Source: Rebecca billardiae RCC1528 (Eukaryota; Protista; Haptophyta). Taken from it: a stretch of DNA of 64,000 bases. Position 1 is the stretch's first letter. Each line of letters opens with the position of its first letter. Made by a program: the position numbers and the translations under genes. A model generated the notes under the pieces. That model searched no databases. It was not told the origin of the DNA and saw nothing but the letters and a program-made list of their open reading frames with translations. Where the stretch lies: contig OZ251246.1 of NCBI GenBank assembly GCA_965240325.2, forward strand, positions 124,001-188,000, written 5' to 3'. Shown here one piece after another: positions 1-12,188 of the stretch.

Positions 1-855
1 TCGCGCGCGCCGCCTCGCGCCGCGCGGCCACGGCCGCGGCGAGCGCGTTCTTCGACGGCAGTCCGAACACGCCGGTCGCGACGTTGTGCACGGCCAGCCC
101 CGCCGCGTGCTCGAGCGCGCGCAGCCGCGCGCACGCGCCGCCGGGCTGCACGGGGAGCCACTCGTCCCACGCGGGGCCCCAGCCGTCGAAGCGCACGTGC
201 AGCGCGCCGGGGCGCGCGCCGTCGATCTGCGCGGGGCACCAGCGCCCGCCCTCGTCGAGGCAGAGCACGCGCGCGCCCACGCGCAGCCCCGCGCCCACGC
301 CCATGGCCCGCGCGGCGCTTGCCGAGCAGGCCTCGCAGAACCAGTCGCCCTCGGGCGGCTGCACGAGCGGCACCTTGAGGCAGAACGTGTGGTGCGCGCC
401 GCCGCAGCCGTCGCACAGCATCAGCGACGCCTCGTGCGCCCCCGAGCCGCAGCCCAGGCAGTGGATCGCCTCGGGCCCGTCGACGGGCGTGAGGTCGTGC
501 GGCCGCGCGTTCGAGATCGCGATCTCGCGCAGGGACGCCGTGTCCGTCAGCTCGTACCACTCGCGCGACCCCGACTCCGAGCCCTCGTCCGAGTCGGAGG
601 GCGAGTCCGAGGCGCTGCCCGCCGCGCGCGCCGCGCGGCCGCGCGCGCCGAGCTCGACGAGCACGCGCGCGCCCTCCGCCACGCCGCCGTGCGCGGGCAC
701 GCGCTTGCAGACGGTCGCCAGCCGCCAGGCGCCGCGCTTGTCGCGCGCGTGCAGCCGGTGGCCGGGGACAAACGCGTCGAGGCGCGCGACGCCCAGCGCC
801 TCGCGCGCGCCCTGCGCCGCGTCGGGCGCGTCGGTCGCGGCGGCGACCGCGGCGT

Positions 856-901
<46 letters not shown>

Positions 902-3765
902 GCCGCCGGCCGACGCGCCGCGCAGCACGGGCGGCGGCGGGTGGTGCGCAGCGCCGTGCGCGCACCCGCGCTCCGCGTGCGACGCGCCGCCCGCGCACGC
1001 GCTCGCGCACGCGCCGGCAGCGCCCCCGGCGCCGGCGCCGGCGCCAGCGCCGCGCCCGCCGCCCCGCCCGCGCCCGCGCCCGCGGCCCCGCCCGCGCCCG
1101 CGCCCGCCGCCGCGCCCGCCGCCGCCGTGCGCCGGCCCCTCGGCCTTGGGCCGCTTGGGCGCGCGCCCGGCCTCGGGGCCGTCCTCGTCCTCGTCCTCGT
1201 CAGAGGCAGCGCTGCCCGCGGCCGGCGGCGGCGGCGGCGGCGGCGGCATCGACGCGCGCGTCGCCGAGCGCGAGGCGCGGTCCGTGCGCGCCACCACGAC
1301 CGCGCTCGCGTTCTTGCGCGGCCGCCCGCGCTTCTTGCCCACCGCCTCCACCGCGGGCGCGTCGTCGGCCGCGGGCGCGTCGGCCGCGGGCGCCGGCGCG
1401 CCGTCGGGCGGCCACAGCCGCCTGCCGCCCGGCGGCGTCGCCGCCGGTGCGGCCGGCGCGTCGGCCGGCGCGTCGGGAGCCGCGGGCGCGGCGGCCGCCG
1501 GCACCGTGGCGCGCGCTTCGCCACCACCGGCCGCGTCGGCCGCGGCGGGCGCGTCGGTGGGCGCCGCGCCGTGCGCCGCAGCCTCCGCGCAGGCCGCCGG
1601 CGCCGCCGCGCCGTCCGCGTCCGCGCCGCCGCCGGCCGTCCCGCCGCCCGCCGCCCCTCCGCCGCCGCCGCGGCCGGCGACAGCGCCCGCGGCGGGCGCC
1701 GCGGCCGCGCCGCGGGTGCCGGCGCCCTCCGCCGCCGCCACCGCGGGCGCGCCGCCGCCGCCGCGCTCGGCGTCGGCGTCCGCGTCGGCGCCCGCGTCGG
1801 TCTCGCCGGCGAGCAGCGCGGCGCGGCGGCGGCGGCGGCGCTCGCGCTCGGCGCTACCGCGGCGCGCGTCGTCGTCGCTGTGGCGCTGCGCGCGCGAGAT
1901 CTCGGCGGCGAGCGCGGCGGCGGAGCGCGCGCTCGCGCCGACCGAGCCGCCGAGCGAGTGCCACGCCCGCGCGAGCGCGACCGAGTGCAGCGCGCGCTCG
2001 AGCTCGAGCATGCACGCGCCGAGCTCCGCGGCGGAGCGCGCCGCGCGTAGCTTGTGCAGCCACTGCAGCCGGCGCGCGCTCCAGCCGGGCGCGAGCAGCG
2101 TGTCCGGCAGCGCGCCCTCGAGGCCGGCGAGCACGAGCATCGCGTGCAGCAGCGGCGGCACGCGCGAGCCGTCGGGCGCCATGCACGCCGTGAGGTGCGC
2201 CGAGAAGTCGAGCGGCGAGAGCTTGAGCCGCGCCGCGCAGGCGGCGCACTTGAACGTGACGCCCTTCACGTCGCGCTTGTTCCACGCCCACGCGCCCTGC
2301 GCGCTCTGCAAGCGCACGGCGTCGAGCTGCAGCCCGGCGCCCTCGGGCAGCGAGGCGGCGAGCGAGAGCGGCGCGATGCGCGGCTCCGTGGGCGGGCCCA
2401 CGCCGTCGCCGCCGCCCATGAACGCGCTCGCGCCCAGCTCGGGCGAGGGCGCGCGCGCGGGCGCGCCCACACACGCGGCCGCGGGCGCTGTGCAGCACGC
2501 GCCGCCCACGCCCTCCAGCGCGGGCGCGCGGGGCGCGCCGGCGCCGCACGGCTGCGCGGTGGCGGTGGCGCGCGCGACGGCTACGGACGCCGCCGCCGCC
2601 GCGCGCGCCTCGCCTGCACCCACGGCCGGCGCGGCCGCGGCGAGGCCGAGCGGCGCGGCGCGCGCGGCCGCGCAGCCGGGGTCACCGCGCGGCGACGGCG
2701 CGGGCGCGGTGCCGGGCGCGGGCGACGGCGCGCGCGGCGGCGCGGCGGCGGCGGGCGGCGCGGGCGGCGGCGCGGCGGCGGCGGCAGCGGGCGCGCCACG
2801 CGCCGAGCTGCCGGCGACAGGCTGGGCAGCCGCCGCCGGTGCCGCCACGGCAGGTGCAGGGCGTGCGCCGGCGGCGTCGGGCGCGCCCGCCGGCGCGGCC
2901 GGCGCGGCCGGCGCCGCGGCGGCTTCGTCTGCGGCTGCGGCCGGCGCCGCGGGCGCGTGAGCAGCCGCGGCCGCCAGCGCCGGCACGGCGGGCGCGCTCG
3001 CGGCAGGCGGCGGCGCGCTCGCCGCGTGCGCGCCGCCCGGCCCCGCCGCCTCCGCCGCCGCCACGTCCTCAGGTGGAGGCGGCGGGGCGAACGCGGCGCG
3101 GCCGTCGGCGGCGGAGGGCGAGCGCGCGCCGGCAGGCGGCGCCGTTGCCGCGCCTGCGAGCGCCGGCCCGCCTTCGGCCGGCGGCGCGCGCGCGCCGAGG
3201 CGTGCTTCCGCCTCCGCGGCCGCGTGCGACGCAGCCGGCGCCACGTCCGTCGCGCCCGCCGCCGCACCCAGCGCACCCGCTGCCAGCGGCGCGGCCTCGG
3301 CCGCCGGGGCGGACGCGGCCGCTGCCGCGGCCGGCGCTGCGGGCGCGCCCGCCGCCGCCGCCGCCGCCGGAGCGGCCGGGAGGTCCTCCGCCTCCGCCCG
3401 CGCATCGACCGGCGGCGGCGCCGGCGCAGCCGCGAGCGCAGGCATCGCCGGCGCGCGCGCAGCCGCCGTCGCCGCAGCGGCCGCCGGCGCTGCACCCGCC
3501 GCCGCCGTCGCCGCTGTCGGCGCGCCCGCCGCCGCCGCCGCCGGGCCGTGCGCCACCGCCGCCGCCGCGGGCGAGGGCAGCGCAGCCCCGACCGGCTCCC
3601 GCGCGGCGGCGCGTGCGTCCGCGGGTGCCCCCGCCGTCTGGCCTGGCATCGCACCCGGCGCACGCGGCGGCACCGGCGGCACCGCCGGAGCGGCGGCAGG
3701 TGGCGTGGCCAACACCGCCGCCGGCGCGGGAGCACGCGCCGCCTCCGCCGTCGCGGCGCGCGCGC

Positions 3766-3800
<35 letters not shown>

Positions 3801-4587
3801 CGCTCGGCGCGCGCAGCCAGCCCGTCCGCAGCTCCGCCCGGCACGGGCTCGGCGGCAAGCGGCGCGTGCGCGCTGCGCATGTGCACGCCCAGCCCCGCCG
3901 AGCACGCGTGGGCGGTGTCCAGCGGGCGCGCAGCGGCGCGCGGCGACGGGATGCCGGCTGGCGCGGCCGCGGCCGCGGTGGCGCCGCCGTCCGCGCCCGC
4001 GCTGCCGCGCGCCTCGCGCGATCGCGGCGCGTCCGCCATCGGCGCGTCGGCGTCCGTGCTCGACGGGTGCGCGCGCGCCGCGGCGGGCGCGCGCGCGCCG
4101 AGCGGCGGGGCGGGCGCATCCGCGCCCGCGCCGAGCGGCGTGGTGTGCGCCGCGGTCGGGCGTTGGGGCTGCACCGCGCCCGCTTCGGGCGCGCACGGCG
4201 CCGCGCGCGTCGGCTGGACCGCCGGCGGCGCGAGCGTTGGGCGCGGCGTCGCCGCGCTCGGGGCGGCAGCCGCGGCCGCGGCGAGCTCGGCGGGCGACGG
4301 TGCGCGCGCCCCGGCCGCGACGGCGCCGCCGCCATTCGGCGTGGGCGCGGCGGCGGCGGGTGCGATGGCCGGCCCCGCGACGCGCGCGGAGGTCAGCAGC
4401 CCCACACCCACACGCGCAGCACTCGTGCCCGCCGCCGCCACCGCCGCCGCCGCCGCCTGCGCTCTGCGCGGCGGCGGCGGCGGCGGCTGCTGCTGCGTTG
4501 GCTGCGGTTGCTGCGTTGGCTGCGGTTGCTGCGGTTGCTGCGGTTGCTGCCGCTGCAGCTGCTGCTGCTGCTGCAGCAGCTGCTGCA

Positions 4588-4652
<65 letters not shown>

Positions 4653-5887
4653 GGCTGCTGCTGCGGCTGCTGCTGCGGCTGCTGCGGCGGCGGTTGCTGC
4701 GGCGGCGGCTGCTGCTGCTGCAGCAGCAGCTGCGCGGGCGGCGAGCGCGCGCGCGGCGCGTGCTGCGCGCACGTGTGCGCCAGCGCCTGCCTCAGCGGCG
4801 CCTCGCACGGCGCGAGCAGCGCGCCGAGCAGCGCGTCCGTCTGCGCGCCGAGCGCGTGCGCGCCGAGCACGCGGCCGGCGCGCGGCCCGTCGGCCGGGCC
4901 GCCGCGCACGAAGACGTGCCCCCCCCTCTCGCCGTCGCCCGCCCACCAGTGCCCGCGGCCGTGCCGGTCGAGGCCGAGGGCCGTGACGCGCGGCAGCGCC
5001 GCCAGCAGCGGGCCGTGCAGCCGGCCGAGACGCGTCGCGTGCTCGCACGACCAGCCGGAGGCGTCGAGGCGCGCGGCGCGCACGTCCACCTCCTCCTCCA
5101 CCGTCTCCGACTCCTCCGCCGCGCGCGCGCACAGGAACGCCAGCGCGCGCGCGCGCTCCGCCGGCGGCAGCGCCCGGAGCTCCGTGCGCTGCAGCGCCTG
5201 CGTCAGCTGCGCGGGCGAGTAGCGCTCCACGCGCAGACTCGCGCGGAGCAGCTCGACCCAGGAGGCGCCGTGGCGCACGGCCTCCTCGAACGAGCCGCCG
5301 CCCGCCTCCACCTCGGGCAGCGCCAGCTCGCCCACGCCGAGCAGCCGCATCGCGCCGATCGCGATGGCGGGCGCGACGTCGTTCGGGTTGTCGTCGGCGC
5401 GCGCGAGCGAGGCATCCACGCGCTGCGGCGTGAGGTGCTCGGGGTGATCGACGGCGAGGAGGCCGGGGAAGGACTGGGCGAAGTAGGCGACGAAGAGCAG
5501 GTCGTCCCACGCCGAAGGCGGCAGCTGCAGCCCCGGCGTGCTCGTCGGCGGCGGCGGCAGCGGCGGGAGCGCGTGCGGCGGCGCGACCGGCCACAGCTGC
5601 GGCGCGAGCGCGCCGAGCTCGCGCGTCTCGTACGGCGGCGGGATGGGCCTCGTGGCGTGCTCGCGCGGCGTCGGCGCCATCCGCTGCGCCACGAGCTCCT
5701 CCGCCGTCAGCGTCGGCCGCTTCGGCGGCCGGCCGCGCCGCTTGGCCTTCTGCTCGACCGTCGGCTGGCGCTGCTGCGGCTGGCCGGCCTCGCTGTCAGA
5801 CTCGTCGCTCGAGCTCTCGACGAGGACGGCGGCGGAGGGGCGCTTGGCGCGCAGCGTGCGCTGGCCCAGGGCCATGGCCGAGGGCAT
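1..5887 (-). CDS. Large chromatin-associated protein (AT-hook, DDT/WHIM-like, polyQ, PHD finger, chromo-barrel/Tudor-like), BAZ/ACF1/MBD9-like architecture; 3' end beyond window start
   Basis: ATG at 5887 (MPSAMALGQRTLRAKR...). It is missing from the ORF track, consistent with no stop before position 1; its exact antisense is + ORFs 86..2050 and 2054..6136. Motifs read by hand: AT-hooks KRRGRPPKR (~5718-5743) and KKRGRPRKN (~1311-1337); DDT-like WDDLLFVAYFAQSF (~5330-5520); WHIM1-like LRALPPAERARALAFLC; WSD-like LGLDRHGRGHWW (~4940-4985); PHD CLGC...LMLCDGCGGAHHTFCL...PEGDWFCEAC (~325-465); barrel-like LHVRFDGWGPAWDEWL (~155-205). Confidence 0.8.
4488..4732 (-). repeat. CAG-rich trinucleotide repeat encoding polyQ / QQP tract
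   Basis: (CTG)n on the + strand, in frame as Gln in the chromatin protein. Confidence 0.9.
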
Positions 5888-8034
5888 GCCACCCCCCGAC
5901 CTCGCGCCGCGCCGGCTGCGTGTACCGGCGGCGCGCGCGGGCGGCCCCTGTGGAGTCGCGAGCGGCGAGGGGGAGTTCGGTGGGCGAGTGCCCCTTGTCA
6001 GCCGGCGCGCACCGGTGTGCACGCGAGCGAGCAGCGGTGCAGGTCGGCCTCGCGGCGCGGCTTGCGCCAGGGTGGTGGGCGCTCGAGCAAAGTCCGATTT
6101 GTGCCGCTGCGGTTCGTCCGTCCGGATGGGTGCTGATTGGGCGGACGGCCGCGAAAAGCTGCGCATTCCAAGCTTCGGGCACCCCTGCGATTAGCGATTG
6201 CTGGGAGCGCTCTTATTGCGCGCTTGAATTCTCGGGCGCTCGATATCTGGCCGAAGGTTCCGATGGCGTATTATGTAGCCCGCGACAGCGCATACTGTCG
6301 GTACCTCGATTCTGACTCTGATGGCCCGCCTATTGGACTCAATAGCACACATAGTACCGCTCCAAATAACGCTTGTCTCACTCATTGCGTGTCGAGCAGG
6401 CGACTCGCACGCAGAGTGGCGGCAATACGGCTGCGATGTCCCTCTTACAGCAAAGTACTGCAGTCGCAGTATTTCTTTTCTCAACTATTCGTCAGCAGGT
6501 AATAATTTCCCCGTCAGATCGCCGTTACTACCGCGACTCATCATCCTCACAATAACACCGGCTGCCGCAGTCTTATGCAGCCACTCGTTGCCCATCCCCG
6601 GTTCCTGAGCTTTCGCTCACCTGTCAATAATCAGTCACTAACTACTCAGTACTCACGGGCTGACTAACTCACTCATTCAGCAGCGCTGACCGGGTGCCCG
6701 AGCCGCCGCGGTGAATGAGAATCTGCGGTGCTGGGCGCGGTCCGGCCCCACCCACGGGCCCGACGGTCCGAGCAGCAAGCGCGGGCCTGACTGAAGGCGG
6801 AGCTGCCCTCGGAACGTAGTGTCCGCGTGAACTTTCGTCAGGTCAGCAGCAGTAGGCGGCCTAGTCCTGTCCTTTTACTATGACTATGCCCTATTATTAA
6901 ATAATAGCAGTACGTATTTAACTACAATACTATTCTGGTGAACACAGCTTTAAACAATTTTAATTCGTGACAAAGCCCTGGGAGACCCAGCTCCGACCCC
7001 CTTTAATTGGTTGTCACCTACTCATACTGATGGGGAGAGTAATACCGGAGTAGGAATACGAAGAATGGGGCCTCAAACGTTTTTTGATTAGGTGCGCCTC
7101 GGGAATCGAGAACGCATGTCGTTACCTTTTTGAGCGCGCCTCATAGGGATGTCGTTGCGATCCCCACCTATTTGTTGATGACGCTTTCCACGACCATCCG
7201 GCATCCGCTCCCAAGTTGAGGAACCAGCGACGAGGGCTTTCGCCGCCATGCCGCGTGCGCTCGGCACACACGATTGAGTATGACGAACGAGCTCAGCGCG
7301 CTACTGCAGGAGGCGAAGGCCGCGCGCGACACGCAGAATGGCGCTCAGCCGGCGTGGCTCGACGACGCTGCCGGCACTCGCGCTCACACACACGCGCGCG
7401 ACGAGGATCCAGCTCAGTGGGCCAGTCCGCCGCCCAACCCAATGCCAGATGCCATCGTCGGCGTCGCGAGGTACTGCGCCGATCTTGCGGAGATCCAGCG
7501 GCACGTGGCGGCGATCAAGCAGCCGCAACCACATGACGTGCACGAACGGCCTCATGGAGAAGCTCGTACCATAAGCCTACCATAAGCCACACGCTCGCCG
7601 AGTCCGTACGCCGTGCAGGTTGTGCCCTGCGCCGCTCGCCCCGCGTCAGCGCCTGCAGACCGGTGGGCCATCCGCGGTGCGTGCCGTTGCCGCGCCGTCG
7701 TGCCACGGCTGCCGTAGGCAGCGACGACTGCATCGACGCGCCCCTCGCCGTGCGCCTCGGTGGGCCTTGCAGAACCCGGCAGTGCAGTGCCGCACTGACA
7801 CTGCCTGTCTGCCACACTCCCGCGCCGCTGTGTCGCGCACGCCTGCGGCGCGCCACCGGATGATACCGTTAGTCAGCGCTGAACAGCCAACTCGTCCCAT
7901 CGTCGTCGGGTCTGCCGGCCCTAACCAGCCTCTCCGTCGCGTCCTAGACGCGCTGTGTTCGACCAGCCCCACCGGGACAAGGCCGCCAGGCCCCCGCAGT
8001 TACTCACTCGGCAGTTAGTACTGACTCAGCTAAA

Positions 8035-9577
8035 TGGCGGGCCGTAGGTCCGCCCCTTGTAGTGCCCGGGAAAAAGATAAGAAAAAGAAAAAGGAAAAAG
8101 AAAATCGCCTCGCAGAGAAAAGAAAATCGTCGCCGCTTCGCTCACTACCGGGCGCCCTCGCAGCTCCCACTGGGGACGCTCGGCTGAAAACCATCTTGGC
8201 CATGGCGCGGAGCGCATGGGCGGCGCGCGCCGAATCCAACGCCGGCGCGGACATCGCGCGAGGATTCCCGAGACGTGTTTTCGCCCGATTCGCGATTGCT
8301 GCCCTCGTCGTCTCGCGTGCAGGTCGAACGGGGGCTGAATCGACGCGTTTGGAGCGGTACGCTCGGCGCGTCGACACGATCGTGCGACCTGGGGCGATCC
8401 TCGCCCGACGTGCACGTCGAAAGCTCGCACCGGCCATAGCATCATGCGCTGCGCACGATGGCCGCCTCGCGCGATCCACCGTCGCGCGTCGGGCTCGGTG
8501 CGGAAACGCATTCATCACGAGGCGTCTCGCGGGCGGGAAGCGCCATCGCACGCGACGCAAGCTTTGGCGCGGCCTTCTGAACTCGATCGCCGGAATCCAC
8601 ACACCGGACTGTCGCGTGCCCCGGTTGGCAAGGTCGGGCGCATGCAAATCCGTTTGCTACGATCGGTGGTTTTCCAGAGCGAGCGATCATCTTTCACGCT
8701 CGCGAGCTCGCGACCAAAGATCGCTCGGCGCCTGAGGGCCCACGTCCAGCCTGCATGGCGTCGACGGTGGCCAGTGCGACGGAGGCGCAGCGCGAAGCGG
8801 CGTACGAGGCGCACCGCACGCACCTGCCGGTTCTGCCGCCGTGGCCGGAATCGCGTCTTCGCGAGTCGGCGACTGAGGCGACAGCGCGCTATAACCGATC
8901 TCGCGCGTGCAAGATCGCCGCACCATCCTTGTCCATGGCACGGTCGCTGCGGGACGAGGCCAACGTCGTGAAGCCAGTGGCGCATGCGCTGCGCTTCCTG
9001 TGCCTGCTCGAACAGCGCGTGCCCACCCTCGATCGCGAGTGGCACACGCTCTCGCACTGCGCGCGCGCGCACCACCGAGAGCTCCTGATACCGCCGAACG
9101 TGCGAGTGCCGGACCTGTCGCGCGGAGCGGCGAGCGCCGACGAGCGCTTGGACCTGGACGCGCTGTTGCGCAGCGTGGCGGCCGTGCACGACGCCGACGC
9201 GACCTTCGCCGAGCCCATCGTGCCGGCGGAGCGGACATTGGCATCCTCGCGACACACGATCTCAGCTGGCAGCACGAGGAGATGCTCACAATCTCCTCTG
9301 GCGGATTCGTCGGCGGCGAGGCGCTCGACTACGTCATCGCGGTCGAGATGCGGCACATGCAGCGCGTACGCACACTGTCGGTGAGCTCGCACCAGAGTCA
9401 TCTGTCGCGTTATTATTCGTCAGTGAGTCAGGTAGCTCACCATCATCTACGTGTGTCGCATTGTTATTCGTCATCCTGCCCGTCAAACCGCTAAATAAAA
9501 GACGCGAACCCGCTGGGGAAATATTGCGACAGCACTGGCACGGCCCGCCGACCCCCCCGCCCGCCAGGGCAGAGTTT
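8035..9577. mobile_element. Putative non-autonomous DNA transposon, copy 1 (asymmetric inverted repeats, Helentron/Helitron2-like ends)
   Basis: Near-identical to 9732-11274 (offset 1697). It starts T-GGCGGGCCGT; the reverse complement ACGGCCCGCC lies subterminally at 9540-9549, followed by a small hairpin GCCC-GCCA-GGGC and AGAGTTT. Confidence 0.6.
8755..9384 (+). CDS. Hypothetical ORF inside repeat element copy 1 (possibly a frameshifted gene fragment)
   Basis: 209-aa ATG ORF with ordinary protein-like composition in its N-terminal part; no family recognised. Confidence 0.3.
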   Translation: MASTVASATEAQREAAYEAHRTHLPVLPPWPESRLRESATEATARYNRSRACKIAAPSLSMARSLRDEANVVKPVAHALRFLCLLEQRVPTLDREWHTLSHCARAHHRELLIPPNVRVPDLSRGAASADERLDLDALLRSVAAVHDADATFAEPIVPAERTLASSRHTISAGSTRRCSQSPLADSSAARRSTTSSRSRCGTCSAYAHCR

Positions 9578-9731
9578 TCCACTGCCCGTATTACGCGCGT
9601 AGTAACGTTCGGTCTGTTTTATCGGTCCGTGCCACTGCCGTGGCCATATGAGTAAGACGGTTGGTGAATGAATGCGATTGCAAGTCGCGGCCGTATTTGA
9701 TCAATCAGATCATCAGCTACAGAGTACAGTT

Positions 9732-11274
9732 TGGCGGGCCGTAGGTCCGCCCCTTGTAGTGCCCGGGAAAAAGATAAGAAAAAGAAAAAGGAAAAAGAAA
9801 ATCGCCTCGCAGAGAAAAGAAAATCGTCGCCGCTTCGCTCACTACCGGGCGCCCTCGCAGCTCCCACTGGGGACGCTCGGCTGAAAACCATCTTGGCCAT
9901 GGCGCGGAGCGCATGGGCGGCGCGCGCCGAATCCAACGCCGGCGCGGACATCGCGCGATGATTCCCGAGACGTGTTTTCGCCCGATTCGCGATTGCTGCC
10001 CTCGTCGTCTCGCGTGCAGGTCGAACGGGGGCTGAATCGACGCGTTTGGAGCGGTACGCTCGGCGCGTCGACACGATCGTGCGACCTGGGGCGATCCTCG
10101 CCCGACGTGCACGTCGAAAGCTCGCACCGGCCATAGCATCATGCGCTGCGCACGATGGCCGCCTCGCGCGATCCACCGTCGCGCGTCGGGCTCGGTGCGG
10201 AAACGCATTCATCACGAGGCGTCTCGCGGGCGGGAAGCGCCATCGCACGCGACGCAAGCTTTGGCGCGGTCTTCTGAACTCGATCGCCGGAATCCACACA
10301 CCGGACTGTCGCGTGCCCCGGTTGGCAAGGTCGGGCGCATGCAAATCCGTTTGCTACGATCGGTGGTTTTCCAGAGCGAGCGATCATCTTTCACGCTCGC
10401 GAGCTCGCGACCAAAGATCGCTCGGCGCCTGAGGGCCCACGTCCAGCCTGCATGGCGTCGACGGTGGCCAGTGCGACGGAGGCGCAGCGCGAAGCGGCGT
10501 ACGAGGCGCACCGCACGCACCTGCCGGTTCTGCCGCCGTGGCCGGAATCGCGTCTTCGCGAGTCGGCGACTGAGGCGACAGCGCGCTATAACCGATCTCG
10601 CGCGTGCAAGATCGCCGCACCATCCTTGTCCATGGCACGGTCGCTGCGGGACGAGGCCAACGTCGTGAAGCCAGTGGCGCATGCGCTGCGCTTCCTGTGC
10701 CTGCTCGAACAGCGCGTGCCCACCCTCGATCGCGAGTGGCACACGCTCTCGCACTGCGCGCGCGCGCACCACCGAGAGCTCCTGATACCGCCGAACGTGC
10801 GAGTGCCGGACCTGTCGCGCGGAGCGGCGAGCGCCGACGAGCGCTTGGACCTGGACGCGCTGTTGCGCAGCGTGGCGGCCGTGCACGACGCCGACGCGAC
10901 CTTCGCCGAGCCCATCGTGCCGGCGGAGCGGACATTGGCATCCTCGCGACACACGATCTCAGCTGGCAGCACGAGGAGATGCTCACAATCTCCTCTGGCG
11001 GATTCGTCGGCGGCGAGGCGCTCGACTACGTCATCGCGGTCGAGATGCGGCACATGCAGCGCGTACGCACACTGTCGGTGAGCTCGCACCAGAGTCATCT
11101 GTCGCGTTATTATTCGTCAGTGAGTCAGGTAGCTCACCATCATCTACGTGTGTCGCATTGTTATTCGTCATCCTGCCCGTCAAACCGCTAAATAAAAGAC
11201 GCGAACCCGCTGGGGAAATATTGCGACAGCACTGGCACGGCCCGCCGACCCCCCCGCCCGCCAGGGCAGAGTTT
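9732..11274. mobile_element. Putative non-autonomous DNA transposon, copy 2
   Basis: Direct repeat of 8035-9577. I noticed only two substitutions (8262 G/9959 T; 8573 C/10270 T). The copies are separated by a 154-bp unique spacer. Confidence 0.6.
10452..11081 (+). CDS. Hypothetical ORF inside repeat element copy 2
   Basis: Translation identical to 8755..9384. Confidence 0.3.
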   Translation: MASTVASATEAQREAAYEAHRTHLPVLPPWPESRLRESATEATARYNRSRACKIAAPSLSMARSLRDEANVVKPVAHALRFLCLLEQRVPTLDREWHTLSHCARAHHRELLIPPNVRVPDLSRGAASADERLDLDALLRSVAAVHDADATFAEPIVPAERTLASSRHTISAGSTRRCSQSPLADSSAARRSTTSSRSRCGTCSAYAHCR

Positions 11275-12145
11275 ATTTGTTTTAACGTGCGTAAGGCTCA
11301 CGGTGGCAGGTTGTCGCGCCATCCTTCATCAACTTTTTGGCGGGTAGTGACGAGTCGGTTGCCGGCGTTGCCGCTGCCCGCTGGGTGTACAGTACTACTT
11401 TACCGTTCAATACTAGAATGCGAGACGCACACCGCTCAACAATATGAACGTACATGGTGTTCATGTGACTAATATGTGGGGGGGATTCTCGTCAATAATA
11501 CGGCCATCAAGTCTCCAGATGAAACGACGACGGTTCGCCACCGAGGACGCTGCTGCGCGGTCCTCCAAAAAAAAAAAAGTCAGCAGAAAACACGCCCCGG
11601 AGATTTGTCCACGTGGCTGCGCACGCGGCGGACTTTGGGCATGGCCGTCCCGACCGAGGACGCCTCGCGGGCGAATGCCTCGTCGGCGGCGTCTGACTGG
11701 TTTTCGGCGGCGCAGCGCGCGCTGCGCCTTTGGCATGTGCGAGCTGCAGTCGTCAGTGCGGTGTCAAGCTTTTCAGCAGCACTGCGCTGACCCGCGCGCA
11801 GCATGTACTGTAGCCTGCCACGGTTCGGCGACGCGCCCGCTCGGCGTGGCGATTGGACTCAGTCGTGGTTCACGGCAGAGCCGTGTAGAGGGCCTGCCGT
11901 AGACATCCATCAAAAGTAGTTACGCGCGGCCCGCCTGAGGGCCCAAGCGTAGCCCCGCCCCCGGGACCGCGACTCGTCTGGCACGACCCGCACCCGCGGC
12001 CGGCGGCGCGCCGCGTGGCGCGTACCGTGTTGACTCGGCCGCGTTGCTACTGCTGATTGGCGCGGGCACGGTGTCAACGCGACGAATCACGACTGTCAGT
12101 GATGACGCTAGTGATGCTGCTATACGTCGTTGTCGTAACGTCTCC

Positions 12146-12188
12146 CTCTCTCTCTCGTCGTCTCTCTCTCTCTCTCTCTCTCTCTCTT
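12146..12188. repeat. (CT)n microsatellite
   Basis: Interrupted ctctct run. Confidence 0.9.

Noticed and set aside
84-6136. Long + strand ORFs, including the poly-Cys (3705..5222) and poly-Leu (2054..6136) ones
   Set aside because: They are shadows of the minus-strand chromatin gene; the CTG repeat is polyQ in the real frame.
7280-7585. Short ORF MTNELSALLQEAK...
   Set aside because: No recognisable family and it lies in a probably repeat-derived intergenic zone, so there is too little support to call it.
11338-11950. TGGCGGG at ~11338 and CGGCCCGCC at ~11927 as ends of a third, shorter element
   Set aside because: The matches are too short for such GC-rich DNA and there is no internal similarity to the 1.54-kb copies.
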